A stretch of 63,873 nt of DNA, counting the filler, from Octopus bimaculoides (Eukaryota), in NCBI RefSeq assembly GCF_001194135.2. It is 5 parts of 5 records of this genome, joined end to end, with 100 filler letters (N's around TTAATTAATTAA, not from the genome) between each part and the next. Parts side by side here need not be neighbours in the genome. Positions count along the whole stretch, not along the records: positions 33,548 to 47,580 come from NC_068984.1; positions 47,681 to 57,237 come from NC_068983.1; 3 more parts are not named here. The stretch is one strand, 5' to 3'. Position 1 is the first letter of the stretch; the number at the start of each line of letters is the position of its first letter. Made by a program: the position numbers and the translations under genes. Positions 37,241-50,703 of the stretch are shown piece after piece. Below the pieces are notes generated by a model. It saw only the letters and a list, made by a program, of their open reading frames with translations, was not told where the DNA came from and searched no databases.

Positions 37241-39109
37241 GTCGTTCTCTCACCCCGTAATGCACCCAGCCTAGTACTTCCACGTGTTTCTGCTCTCGTT
37301 CCTTACGGGTATGAAATGTATTGATACAGCCGTTTTGGCGCCGCCTATCTGGCGCCGCCGATTGGACACCGACTCATTTGTTATCAGACGTTTCTCTTTC
37401 CTTCCCTCTCTTTTCTCTCTCTCTTTTCTCTCTCTTTTCCCTTTCTCTCCTTCCTCTCTCTCTCTCTCTCTCTCTCTTTTCTCTCTCTTTTNNNNNNNNN
37501 NNNNNNNNNNNNNNNNNNNNNNNNNNNNNNNNNNNNNNNNNNNNNNNNNNNNNNNNNNNNNNNNNNNNNNNNNNNNNNNNNNNNNNNNNNNNNNNNNNNN
37601 NNNNNNNNNNNNNNNNNNNNNNNNNNNNNNNNNNNNNNNNNNNNNNNNNNNNNNNNNNNNNNNNNNNNNNNNNNNNNNNNNNNNNNNNNNNNNNNNNNNN
37701 NNNNNNNNNNNNNNNNNNNNNNNNNNNNNNNNNNNNNNNNNNNNNNNNNNNNNNNNNNNNNNNNNNNNNNNNNNNNNNNNNNNNNNNNNNNNNNNNNNNN
37801 NNNNNNNNNNNNNNNNNNNNNNNNNNNNNNNNNNNNNNNNNNNNNNNNNNNNNNNNNNNNNNNNNNNNNNNNNNNNNNNNNNNNNNNNNNNNNNNNNNNN
37901 NNNNNNNNNNNNNNNNNNNNNNNNNNNNNNNNNNNNNNNNNNNNNNNNNNNNNNNNNNNNNNNNNNNNNNNNNNNNNNNNNNNNNNNNNNNNNNNNNNNN
38001 NNNNNNNNNNNNNNNNNNNNNNNNNNNNNTCTCTCTCTATCTCTCTCTCTCTCTCTCTCACTCTCTCTCTCTCTCTCTCTCTCCCTCTCAGTTCATGTGT
38101 ATGAGCGTACACACCACCTGATCGCATATGTAATGTGCAGATCGTGCATCCATCGTGCATTATGACTGTTGTCAGTATGTGTCATGCGTGTGGTTATTGT
38201 AATATACTTGTTTAATCTCCTACGTCTTTATTACCTCAATCCTCTTCCTTCTCTCCATTTCGTGCCAAAGACTACCGCATTTCGTGGCCTCTCTTCGCTT
38301 TGACATTTTTGGCTTTACAATTTCTGACCACTCCTTATGTTCCTCGACTCTCTTTTCTTTACAATAACTTTATCTCTTTTCTTTATTTCTCTGTTAATTC
38401 TTTACTTTTGACTACTACTCCGTACTGAATTCTATTCTCTACCAGCTAACTCCCTATTCTTCGTCTTTCCTATTTTGTTCGTGTGTGCATCCGTGTTATT
38501 CTGTACATATTCTTTTGTCCAACGGTCTCCTTTGTCCGCCTTTCACATTTATCACCCACCACACCTCATTTGGTCCTCATCACCTCCCAACCATTTCTAC
38601 TGACCTGGATCTTGCTAAAAACTTTTACTATCCTTCACTAACACTTCCTCCCTCCCACATCGTTCACAAAACATACCACACTATTCTCATATTCTCATAC
38701 TATATTCCTACTTTCTCACCACACCCATCCCTCCACATCATTCCTTCACTCGATCATGCTATATATTCTCTCTCAGTTGTTCTCTCTCTCCTTCTCTCTC
38801 TCCTTTAAGAAGGACAAATTCCAGAAATATTGAAGTTTTCACTCCTACGAATTTTTGTCATTGATCAGGTCACAGGCAATCATTTGCAACACACTGCATT
38901 TGTCAGTGCAGCGAATTCATCTAAACCTCACGGTGTGTCAGTGACCACGTTTACTTGAAGTGTGGACAAATCATATAGCTTTACTTCAAAGATAAGGAGA
39001 GAGTGTACTCTTGCAGGACACAGTCCAGGTAATTGCAGATTCTTAGATGTATTGTGTTCTGCATAGATGTTGGTGTGACCTGAGAAACTAGTTTGTTGCC
39101 TGCCAACAT

Positions 39110-39715
39110 TTATTTATATTTAAAGAGGTGTTTGTTATATATATACATATATATATTAAGTAGGTTGGGCTCAATGATGTTCAAAGGATTGTTGGGTCTT
39201 GATAATAGCCGGTATGGTATGTGGAGGATTTACGTTATTGTCGACACCCTCAAGTATTGTGTAAGATTTATTCCTCAGTTGTATGATAATTGAATGTGGT
39301 TTTCTGAACTCATATGGTGAGTTAAAAATGAAATGCGTAGATTACTGATACCAAGGACACCAAGTATGTTCTTTGTGTGTTTTTTTTTCACGGACTCCAT
39401 AGAGTGATAATGGGGGTAACTTCAGATTAGTTTTTGTGAAGCTTTAGAAGTATTATATTTTCCCCAGTTTCCATATTCTCGGGTTTATGTAGTGTTGGTA
39501 TAAGTGCTCTAATTCGTTTAGGCTTTATGTGTTTGGGATTTTGTCGGACCTTAGTTCTTTTTATTTTGGTTTCCTACGCAAAAACAGTCACGATCAGTGT
39601 TTAGGAGTCAGTTGCGTATCTTATAGTTTGTCTTTGGTTTTGGTGAATGGTTTTGGAAAAGTGTTTCGTAAGTGAAATTTCTTACTTAGGAGAAGAATAG
39701 TTGCGCTATTGTAGG
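39110..39715 (-). mobile_element. Possible decayed Penelope-like element remnant (thumb / GIY-YIG region)
   Basis: Fragments KHFSK and TIRY plus an NHHMSFR-like segment across frameshifts resemble PLE ORFs. Weak. Confidence 0.3.
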
Positions 39716-42068
39716 ACTCGCAAGACTAGTTTGCGAAAGGGTTGGGGAGGAGACAGTACAACTCACGAGTCACTGTTAACCACTACTTCGATCTCTGTAA
39801 GTAGCTCGCCTGAAGTCAGTCACCATGCGTAGTTCTGCCACGAAATGGGGGAACATCCAGAGATGTTACTCTGCAGCTGAGCCCTGTAGTATCTGCTGGC
39901 AGCTCTCCTCTGTTACTCTGTAACAAATGGTGGCACCATGTCAAGCAATCCTTCATGACACAGAGTTACCTTCAGACAGGGAACAAAGTGGACTTTGCTT
40001 AAATCCCAATAGAATCAGACAGTGGTGTTAAACCGAATGATGGATTGGCTCCGCCACAGTGCATGTTACTTAGAGTTGTTATTATAACATATAATACGGT
40101 GTAGTCACTTTTTAGAGTTAATAATGCTGCCCTTAACTTTATACTATGTTTTATCGTTTCATAGTTTATGTCGAAACAAATGTTTGTCAGTGTTGTGCTT
40201 TTCTTTGGTTTTTACTTTCCTTGTTAATTCCTTCTTTAAGTGGTGTTGGAATATTATAATTGAGCGTATCCCTACTTTTCATTAAGCTTGCCAATTCAGT
40301 TGGATAGTTAGGATAATATTTCTTCCTTATGCTCTTCACTGTTGGCAAATCCCAGACAGTTAACTTCTTGGAAAGATAGCACTGGCTGCGGTGTTTAGTT
40401 CAGAGCTAGATAGTAAGACACAGCAAGAATGACGGGAGAGAAGAGATAATATAACAGGTGAAACAGCACAACGTACGGTTGTCATGCTAACAAGCTGTTA
40501 ATATCTCACTGTCTGTTGATTGGCTAAAATCACCCAAATTTCCCAACTTTAATTCCAAATGACATCAGATTCTTTAATTTACGGGATAAAGTAATTGGTT
40601 GATTGAAATTCAGAGTTGCATCGATACACCAAAATTGAAATGAATCTGAGCAAAATTAAAGGGGGATGAGTTTGTAAATCAATTTAACTAGATCCCGAGT
40701 TAGAAAGAGAAAAGAGAGACCATCGTAGATTGCGTCCGAAAAAATCTGACTAATTAATGATTATTCACTCATCAAAGTATTGTAACATCTGTCCAACAGA
40801 TATGCTGCTATGAAAACCATAAACCACAAGAGTCTTCATGATACTTGTTTACAAGGAGGGCTTAAATAACAAACAAGAAAATACGATCGGCAAAATGTCA
40901 ATGGAGCATGAAAAGAGTTAGTGATTAGAGCATAGCGGTAACTGAATCATTGCCATTCAGTCAAATGATCTTTTGGATGAAGTTTAGAAAGTCTGTGTGA
41001 CAAGGATACCTTTCTTTATAAGTGAACAATATTCCAATATAGATTTTGCTGAAGCTGTGAAGAAGATCGGTAACTGGACATAGAATGGAATATGTTGTAG
41101 AGTGTTTTAGATTTAATGAAGCTTATTGCAAAGACACGACAAAGTACCCAAACCCATTATCTATATATCTTATGCTTTAGTCAGAGAAGAAAGAAGCGCA
41201 CCTGTGGCTTTTTTTTAGAGCTTCCATGATTGGAGAGGGAAAGAAAGGTAGAAACCACGACTCGTGGGTTACTGCAGTAAGAAATAAATCAAGATATCTA
41301 GTTTCCCCACGCTGGAGAACTTGTCGGAATATTTTCAGCAAAAGGAATCAAAGAATCAAGCGGTGGCACTTAAGTGGGCAATGGTTTAGTTCTACCAATC
41401 AAGAACATACATATACATAAATACACCCATATACATAAATACACACATACATATTGGTAAAAATAACACAAATAGGACGAGGGGAATAAGAACGGACATT
41501 TGGTTGACAGGAGCGATTACAACAGGTAGAGAACATTTTCAAATGTAGTGGACGAATTGTAAACACACACAAAAGAAAAAAAGATACATAAAATGTTGTG
41601 CACAGTGAACTAACTGTACGCCTTTGAAGGACAAATGAAAATAAATCGACTGACGTTTCAGCCGAACCCTTTATCAAAGTAGAGTAAGAAAGAAATAAGG
41701 AAGAATAAATAAACAAGGAAAGAAACAAGAAAAAGAAAAATAACGATACCTGTATAAAACATGAGTGTATCTTTCAAGCAAACACCAAGTGGACAAAAAT
41801 AAGACAGAAACACTAAAAGGAAAAAGAAAAGAGCAATGAAAAAGAAGATAGCATTGGATGCAACCCTGAACATATGATGATACATATGAAATCTATCAGT
41901 TCAAATACATTTAGCAAATTGGCAGAGTGTTAAAGAGTATGTCACAGTTTATCTTCTTCAGCGTCAATTTATCGTCTCTGAATGGATGGAAGTGTTTTCG
42001 GAGTATACAGGCGTTGCTAAGTGGAAAACGACAAGTGATATATGGAAATAAATGAACATATATATAGT

Positions 42069-42230
42069 CGCAGGCATGGCTATGTGGTAAGAGGATTGCC
42101 TTCCAACCACATGGTTCTGGGTTCAGTCTCGCCGCGCGGCACCTTAGGCAAGTGTCTTCTGCTAGCTCCGGGCCAACCAAAGCCTTGTGGGTGGATTTGG
42201 TAGACGAAAACTAAAAGAAGCCCGTCGTGT
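42069..42230 (+). mobile_element. SINE family B 5' half
   Basis: GGCATGGCTATGTGGTAAG...GGTTCAGTCTC...GGCACCTTAGGCAAGTGTCTTC...AAAGAAGCCCGTCG. Confidence 0.85.
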
Positions 42231-43574
42231 ATATGTATGTAAGTATGTATGTATGTATGTATGTATGTACGTGTGTGTGTGTGTGTGGGGGGGGTACTTG
42301 CGTGTATATTAGAAAACGCTTTTAAGAACTATGTAAAAATGAAGATAGTGACGTCAACAATTCTTCAATCGAGTCGGTCGATCTAATGGTCTTCATTCAT
42401 TTCTTATTTCTTAGGTTAGGACTACCTGTTACATCGCATCCTTATATCATTTTCTGGTGGTGCTCTCTGCTGCCTAAATTCTATCAACTATGGTATCAGC
42501 AATGTCTTCCGAACTCTTACCCCTTTCCACTAACAACCACCGGAGTCGTTTTCAGACACGTCCTACAGCGTTCACTCTCATGCAAATTATACCACACTTC
42601 ATTCTTCCCCAACCTTCTCTCAGTCATTATCGACATGCAACTCATACCAAACCTCCATAAAAATCTTCACTGCTTCCGCGAAGACAGACGTTGAAGAAAA
42701 CCCTCTAGTAGGGTTATGAAAATCTTGTCTCTTTCAACAGCATGAAGACACAATCACCGTAAGAAAGCTGTCTTACAGCTTATTCTCTCTAGCTAGACAA
42801 TGCGCGATTATAAAACCCTCGAAGTCGCTACAAATCGCTTCATAATCTCTAACTATCCCACGTAGCTATCTCACACTTAGAATATAGCAAACACTGCATT
42901 CCCAAAATCAGCCTGCCTCTTCAGTGCCAGAATAATCACCTACCGTCTACAAAGTCCTAGTAAAACCCACAACAGTATAATGGTTTCACTTTTGGAGAAG
43001 TTTTGATGCTGCACAGTGATCGTAGACTGAGTCCGAAAGAAATACCCATGTCACCGATTGACAACGATTCACTAAATAACACACTGCAACATCTTACCAA
43101 CAGATGTGCTGTTATATAAACCATAAACCGGCAACAACCTCCGCGTTATAATTGTTTACAATAAGGGCGTCTATAACTAATAAAAAAATACGATCGGCAA
43201 AATCTTAAAGAGTCAATAGATGAAGAAAAATTGTTATAGTAAATAGAAAACAGATAAATTATAAAGATTTATTATTTTTTTAGTGTTAAAAGTGTTAAAA
43301 AGGAAAGTAGTTGTTTCCGCAATAACACAAGTAGGTTCACTACACATAAGAAAAAAGATTCACATAAACACAGCGGCACAGAGGCACCTGCCTCTCTCTG
43401 AAATCATCATCCTCAGTCACTTCAACGCTCATAAATTTTCTTGGCCCTCATGCTCCGAGGTATGTACCACCATCACCACCACCACCAACACCACTACCAT
43501 CACCAAAACCACCACCACCACCACCACCACTCATCTCACAAAATCGATGTCACTCCTACTAACAATAAATAGCA

Positions 43575-44255
43575 AATAATAATAACCCTCTTGTACTTAG
43601 CTCTTATCTGAACTACAGTTGTACTGTTGACAGCTGTGGTCTCCTTACACGAAGAGAAATTCAAAAATTTAAGCACCTCAGAGAACGCACACACACACAC
43701 ACATACACACCCACACATCCACACACACACACAAAGACAACATGACAGGTTTTGATTCTTGGGATCGGCTCGAGAAGCTCAAACATTATTCCTTTCGACA
43801 CCGCCATGACTGCCATAGCATTTTGTATGATGGGGAAAATATCCCAATAGCATTGCTCAAATGAAGTTTGCATCAACTAAATCAAGACTTGCTCCCCCCG
43901 CCCCACCCTCACCGTGCCATCCGTCCTCTACCAAAATCATGCTCGCGACACATCACAACACTAAGGCAGCTATTTTACCTCAACTGGTCCCACATTCTTT
44001 AACACCATGCCAAGACAGATAAGAAAAAGATCCCTCGACATTCAAACAGGTCCTGGATAAATATCTCCAGCAATTTCTAGATAAATCCCCTACACCTGGA
44101 TATATCTTTGCAAACAATAACTCCTTACTCGAATGGACTATGGTACCCAACGAATGACTGTAATATGAAACACCATTAAATATCTTTTCCAGGTGGTGTT
44201 ATTAAGCTAGTCGTGGTCCGGGCCAATTCTGGCCGACACGTATCAAACTATCTAA
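43575..44255 (+). mobile_element. Decayed CR1-clade LINE ORF2 C-terminus and 3'UTR
   Basis: QLWSPY at 43631, WDRLEKLKHYS, and FKQVLDKYLQQFLDKSPTPGYIFANNNSLLEW at 44041-44136. A possible APE remnant IILSHFNAH lies at about 43403. Confidence 0.7.
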
Positions 44256-44533
44256 GTATATAGCATATAACCCGTACATATGCGTATGTCTAGGTATGCA
44301 GCTATATGTCTAAGTATACATATATAAAACAAAACATAGATCTGCACATGCACTGACTCTAAACACTTGCACATATACATACATGCGTGCACAGCTACTC
44401 CGCCGATGTTATTTAAATCCCAATGACGGTTAGAAACCAGCTCTTTCTCCATTGGCAAAAAAATCTAGAAATACAATTAAATATTCATGTATATATGTGC
44501 GTATGCATGCATGTATGTTTGTATATATGTATG

Positions 44534-44584
<51 letters not shown>

Positions 44585-45419
44585 NNNNNNNNNNNNNNNN
44601 NNNNNNNNNNNNNNNNNNNNNNNNNNNNNNNNNNNNNNNNNNNNNNNNNNNNNNNNNNNNNNNNNNNNNNNNNNNNNNNNNNNNNNNNNNNNNNNNNNNN
44701 NNNNNNNNNNNNNNNNNNNNNNNNNNNNNNNNNNNNNNNNNNNNNNNNNNNNNNNNNNNNNNNNNNNNNNNNNNNNNNNNNNNNNNNNNNNNNNNNNNNN
44801 NNNNNNNNNNNNNNNNNNNNNNNNNNNNNNNNNNNNNNNNNNNNNNNNNNNNNNNNNNNNNNNNNNNNNNNNNNNNNNNNNNNNNNNNNNNNNNNNNNNN
44901 NNNNNNNNNNNNNNNNNNNNNNNNNNNNNNNNNNNNNNNNNNNNNNNNNNNNNNNNNNNNNNNNNNNNNNNNNNNNNNNNNNNNNNNNNNNNNNNNNNNN
45001 NNNNNNNNNNNNNNNNNNNNNNNNNNNNNNNNNNNNNNNNNNNNNNNNNNNNNNNNNNNNNNNNNNNNNNNNNNNNNNNNNNNNNNNNNNNNNNNNNNNN
45101 NNNNNNNNNNNNNNNNNNNNNNNNNNNNNNNNNNNNNNNNNNNNNNNNNNNNNNNNNNNNNNNNNNNNNNNNNNNNNNNNNNNNNNNNNNNNNNNNNNNN
45201 NNNNNNNNNNNNNNNNNNNNNNNNNNNNNNNNNNNNNNNNNNNNNNNNNNNNNNNNNNNNNNNNNNNNNNNNNNNNNNNNNNNNNNNNNNNNNNNNNNNN
45301 NNNNNNNNNNNNNNNNNNNNNNNNNNNNNNNNNNNNNNNNNNNNNNNNNNNNNNNNNNNNNNNNNNNNNNNNNNNNNNNNNNNNNNNNNNNNNNNNNNNN
45401 NNNNNNNNNNNNNNNNNNN

Positions 45420-45654
45420 CTCTTTCACCACAACTTTCTCTCACTCTTACTTCCTGTTTCTGTTGTGCCTGTAATTCAAAGGGTCAGCCTTGTCACACTG
45501 TGTCACGCTGAATCTCCCCCGAGAACTACGTTAATGGTACACGTGTCTGTGGAGTGCTCAGCCACTTGCACGTTAATTTCACGAGCAGGCTGTTCCGTTG
45601 AGCGGATCAACTTGAACCCTCGACGTCGTAAGCGACGGAGTGCTAACAACGACA
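45420..45654 (+). mobile_element. 3' half of a family D-related SINE with a different tail
   Basis: CTCTTTCACCACAACTTTCTCTCACTCTT.CTTCCTGTTTCT is shared with 20472-20512, then diverges into GAGTGCTCAGCCACTTGCACG...GACGGAGTG. Confidence 0.7.
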
Positions 45655-47298
45655 GATATCGTGATGGTTTGTAGCGTATGAATTAAGGGATCTGCGTCTT
45701 CTCCCCATGAACCCAGCTTCAAAACATATTTTGCCCCGGACGGGTTGGTATGTATCTGTTGCTCCAGCAATAAGTATGAAGCTGTGCATGTATGTCTGTG
45801 TACGCATGTGTGTATGCATGTGTACATATGTATGTATGTATGTATGTATACGCTCGCGTAAGCTTGTTGGTCCTTCCGTATTTCTATGTGCAGAAGTGCT
45901 TATAAACTTATAATGCTGTTATATATTTAGATATGTGTGTCAATGGAATGGATGTACTTACGCATGTGTCTGTATATAAATATCTGTATATGTGTATTTG
46001 CCTATATATATATATATATATATATNNNNNNNNNNNNNNNNNNNNNNNNNNNNNNNNNNNNNNNNNNNNNNNNNNNNNNNNNNNNNNNNNNNNNNNNNNN
46101 NNNNNNNNNNNNNNNNNNNNNNNNNNNNNNNNNNNNNNNNNNNNNNNNNNNNNNNNNNNNNNNNNNNNNNNNNNNNNNNNNNNNNNNNNNNNNNNNNNNN
46201 NNNNNNNNNNNNNNNNNNNNNNNNNNNNNNNNNNNNNNNNNNNNNNNNNNNNNNNNNNNNNNNNNNNNNNNNNNNNNNNNNNNNNNNNNNNNNNNNNNNN
46301 NNNNNNNNNNNNNNNNNNNNNNNNNNNNNNNNNNNNNNNNNNNNNNNNNNNNNNNNNNNNNNNNNNNNNNNNNNNNNNNNNNNNNNNNNNNNNNNNNNNN
46401 NNNNNNNNNNNNNNNNNNNNNNNNNNNNNNNNNNNNNNNNNNNNNNNNNNNNNNNNNNNNNNNNNNNNNNNNNNNNNNNNNNNNNNNNNNNNNNNNNNNN
46501 NNNNNNNNNNNNNNNNNNNNNNNNNNNNNNNNNNNNNNNNNNNNNNNNNNNNNNNNNNNNNNNNNNNNNNNNNNNNNNNNNNTAGTGGTGGCCAGGCGAG
46601 GCGAAATGAGTTTACTATCACGTGATGAACCCGTGGAAACATCTATTAATTTTGATAGGGTTGACTTTTCAAACAACGCGAAGTCCTTAAAAAAAATAGA
46701 GGTGGGGAGGACAAACAATTGTAAAAATTGTCAAAATTATATGGTTTATACATCATTTTGTCCCTTTTTTTAATTTATAATCGCCTTTCTCTTTTTTCTC
46801 TCATTTTAATGTTTTTCTTTTTCCTGTTTCTCTTTTTCTTTTCCTCTTTCTTTTCTATGATTTTCATTTTCCTTTCTCCACTTTTCAATTTCTTTCATTC
46901 TTTCTTTCTTTCTTTCTTTGCTCCCTTCCACCTTTCTTCCTTCCTTTCTTTCTTTCTTTCCTTATTTCTTTCTCACTTTCTTTCTTTGTTTCTCGCTTTC
47001 TTTCTTTGTTTCTCGCTTTCCTTCTTTCTTTCTTTCTTTTTTCTTTCTTTTCCCATTATTCCGCATGTTGTCTATGGTTACTGAAAGGATGGGTGAAGTT
47101 TACAGTTTTGGAATTATTCCAGTGTTGCTTCTTTCCTTAATTCTTCCTTTGGAGTTTTCCTGTTCCAAATATTACTGCTGAGTTTTTTGATGGCGAACAG
47201 TTTTTTTTTCTTTCCGCGTGGTGGTGGTGGGGGGTGCATTTATATAGGAAAGGACGGATGGAGTTACATAGACTCTCTCTCTCTCACACACACAGACA

Positions 47299-47343
<45 letters not shown>

Positions 47344-47529
47344 CCACACACGCACAGAATACATACACATACATGTTTGTATGAACGTACATACTTATGC
47401 ATGTGCGTGCATGCATGTATTTGTATATGTGTATATGTATACATGTATGTGTGTATGTATATGTGTATATGTATACGTGTATGTGTGTATGTATATGTAT
47501 GTACGTACATGCATATGTAAGTACGGATG

Positions 47530-47580
<51 letters not shown>

Positions 47581-47680
47581 NNNNNNNNNNNNNNNNNNNN
47601 NNNNNNNNNNNNNNNNNNNNNNNNTTAATTAATTAANNNNNNNNNNNNNNNNNNNNNNNNNNNNNNNNNNNNNNNNNNNN

Positions 47681-47926
47681 GCGGGTGGCACATAAAAGAC
47701 ACCATTTCGAGTGTGGCCGTTTTCGTGCGGGTGACACGTAAAAGCACCCACTACACTCTCTGAGTGGTTGGCGTTAGGAAGGACATCCAGCTGTAGAAAC
47801 TCTGCCAAATTAGACTGGAGCCTGGTGTTGCCATCCGGTTTCACCAGTCCTCAGTCAAATCGTCCAACCCATGCTAGCATGGAAAGCAGACGTTAAACGA
47901 TGATGATGATGATGATGATGATGATG
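47681..47926 (+). mobile_element. Repeat family C 3' end with (GAT)n tail
   Basis: AAAAGCACCCACTACACTCTC.GAGTGGTTGGCGTTAGGAAGG.CATCCAGCTGTAGAAAC...CCAACCCATGCTAGCATGGAAAGC.GACGTTAAAC(GAT)n. Confidence 0.85.
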
Positions 47927-48504
47927 AAGCAGTTACAAAAGACATCAATTTTACCAATCATCATTTTAACATCCACGTTTCCATGTTTGTATGGGTCAGA
48001 TGGATTCCTTGAGACAGATTCCCTGTGGCTGGATGCCCTTCCTGTTGCTAATCATCACCTCTTTCCAAGCAAAGTAATATTTCCTCATGGCATAACAGCT
48101 TTTCACTGAAGATTGTCAATGAAAGACACTATTTGTATGACAGCAAAGCTTGTCTAACACATAAAGCGCGATGGGCCATGTTCGTGGCCGTCAGGCACAA
48201 GTCAACAGGCCAGATTCGTGGCCCAGAAAGAATCATTTAATTTATGGGTGTTCGTTGGGGTCTAATGTCACTCAAACACTCCGATACCCCACAGAATGCA
48301 AGAGGACTAATAGTTCAACTAATGACTTTTGAAATGATGTAAAACTTGCCACTATTATATACTAAGAAGATATTTTAACTATTTTTTTGGTTTTTATGTT
48401 TGCATGGTAATCTCATTTTCATAAAATGTACTCAGCAGTCCATGCTATGTAAGTGCAAATCCCAGCACACAATGTCAATACAAGGAGACACACACACTTG
48501 ACAT

Positions 48505-48660
48505 GCTGCTTTCAGTTTCCATCTACCAGATCCACAAACAAGGCTTTGGTGAACCCAGGGCTATGGTAGAAGACACTTGTCCAAAGTGCCACGCAGTGGG
48601 ACTGAACTCAAAACAACATGGTTATGAAGCAATTTTCTCAACTACACACTCATACCTGTA
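48505..48660 (-). mobile_element. SINE family B 5' half
   Basis: Reverse complement of head + CORE-like segment (GTTCAGTCCCACTGCGTGGCACTTTGGACAAGTGTCTTCTAC). Confidence 0.75.
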
Positions 48661-50660
48661 CTTTGAAAACCTTTAAATGCTTAAGATAGAGTCACAAATA
48701 AAAATAACACAACAAAATGTATATTAGACACATACATATATACACAAGTATTTCAAAAACTGTAATTAACATGGGTAAAATAAATTCTTGAAATTTGTTC
48801 CAATTTTTTCTAAGAAGACAACTTCTTTTAAGATGTTCTTGCATTTCTAGCAGATGTTTGCATGGTTCATCAATAAATTTATTGAAATTTGTATTTCATC
48901 TTTATTATCAAATTGCCATTCAAATTTTTTATAAGTTCTTTTGTACATACTTTTAAATGTATTTTTTCAAAATTTTTACTATTTTAATAATAATAAAAAC
49001 CAGGTTTCATCTATGTCTTAGTAAATAATAAGAAGAAACCAAGTATAAACAACATAAGTGAAATAAGTGTGGAGATCACACAAGTTTGGTGTCTTTTTGC
49101 TGATCACACATGTAAAAATCTTTAGCCAGCATCTGAAGGGCTTTTAGAAATGGAAAAGTAAACTAAAGGAATCGCTCTTTAAATTGTAGATCACATGCCA
49201 AAGCAGCACCGAATATTCTTATTCCTCCTACCACTGTTTTGGAACAAACATTCAAAGAGTTAGAATAGCTTTTAATCATAAAATTTTAGCCAGGAGAAAA
49301 GATGCGAAGTTTTTATATTATTTCCTGACAAATGTCACCATTAACCTTATTGCATTACTGGTATTGTATACAAAAAAAAAAAATGGAATGTTAAGCCAAT
49401 TGTATTGAAAGATTTATAGTTCTAAGTACAACATTCCTCTACAGTATGTGTTCTATACACACATTGTATAAAATAAATAAAAATCAAGTATGTTTAGGTA
49501 TCATTGAGCAAAGTTTTTTCAACACTAAAATACAGTTCCAATATAAACATTGCAAGTAATGCCAGAAGAACGTATTAAAAGTAGCGATCAAATGTAGTCA
49601 GTGCGTGTGTCGTGTGGTGTATGCATGCATACATGATTGTATACCGGGAGTCATTATACCAACAATAAACACACGCACTGGTTCTTCTTCTTCTTCTTAT
49701 TATTATTATTAAACTACTTAATATTTAACACATGACTGCACATTAAGAACATTGCAAAGCAAAAACTAAAACGATATTTCACTCACACACAACGCTGATG
49801 GATATTAATTATGTGAGTAGAGCAGCTTGAAAGGTGTGTCACCTCAAGTACGAAGAGTACAGGTGACAAAACAGCGAGCAAGCCTCATATGTTAGTCCTA
49901 CATACACCATGTTTGAACAAGATATGGGATGATTACGGTTGGAAATACAGAAGAACCTTACTTAGATTATAATATTAGCTCTTTCATGACTGCCTGGAAC
50001 TAAACAACTTGGCAAGTCTTATCTTCTTTTTAAAGATATGAAGAACATTGTTCTTTTACAAGAGCTTCTAACATAGATAGCAGAAAATTACTTTCGGTTA
50101 GTTGCAAATATTTTTATTACGATTTATATGACGACGGGGAGTTGACGGAGTTGGTAAATTTACTCACAGTTAAAAACCCTGCCCCCCCCCCCCCCGCCTC
50201 CTTAGATACGATAAGCAACGTCGTCACTAGAATCCTCTACAACCTTCAACTAACAATAACACAATGGGAATCATGCTACTCGACACAGAATCTGTACAGT
50301 GGTTCCATTAACACGTAATTATGATATAAACAGCCTTTAATTAGAACAGACACGATGACGATGACTGCATCATAGTCTGTTGAATAATGACAACTGGAAC
50401 AGTGTGGAACTGATGGTTGTTATAAAAGAACACTTGATCGCAGATTAATGTGTGTATGTGTGTGTGTGATATTTGTTTATATGTTTCCTATCTCTATTGT
50501 TACATGTAGTCTAGCAGTTTCTCTTTGCAATTGCATTGTGGCATGCTTTCCTATACTCTCTTTATATATATATATATATATCTGAGAGTGTGCTTCTTCG
50601 GATTTATGTTTTCTACAAACGATATATATTCACACACAATCAGTCGCCGATGCTATTCTA

Positions 50661-50703
<43 letters not shown>

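Noticed and set aside
48160-49560. Possible hAT/Charlie transposase relic
   Set aside because: Only vague motif resemblance; I could not recover a diagnostic peptide or paired TIRs.
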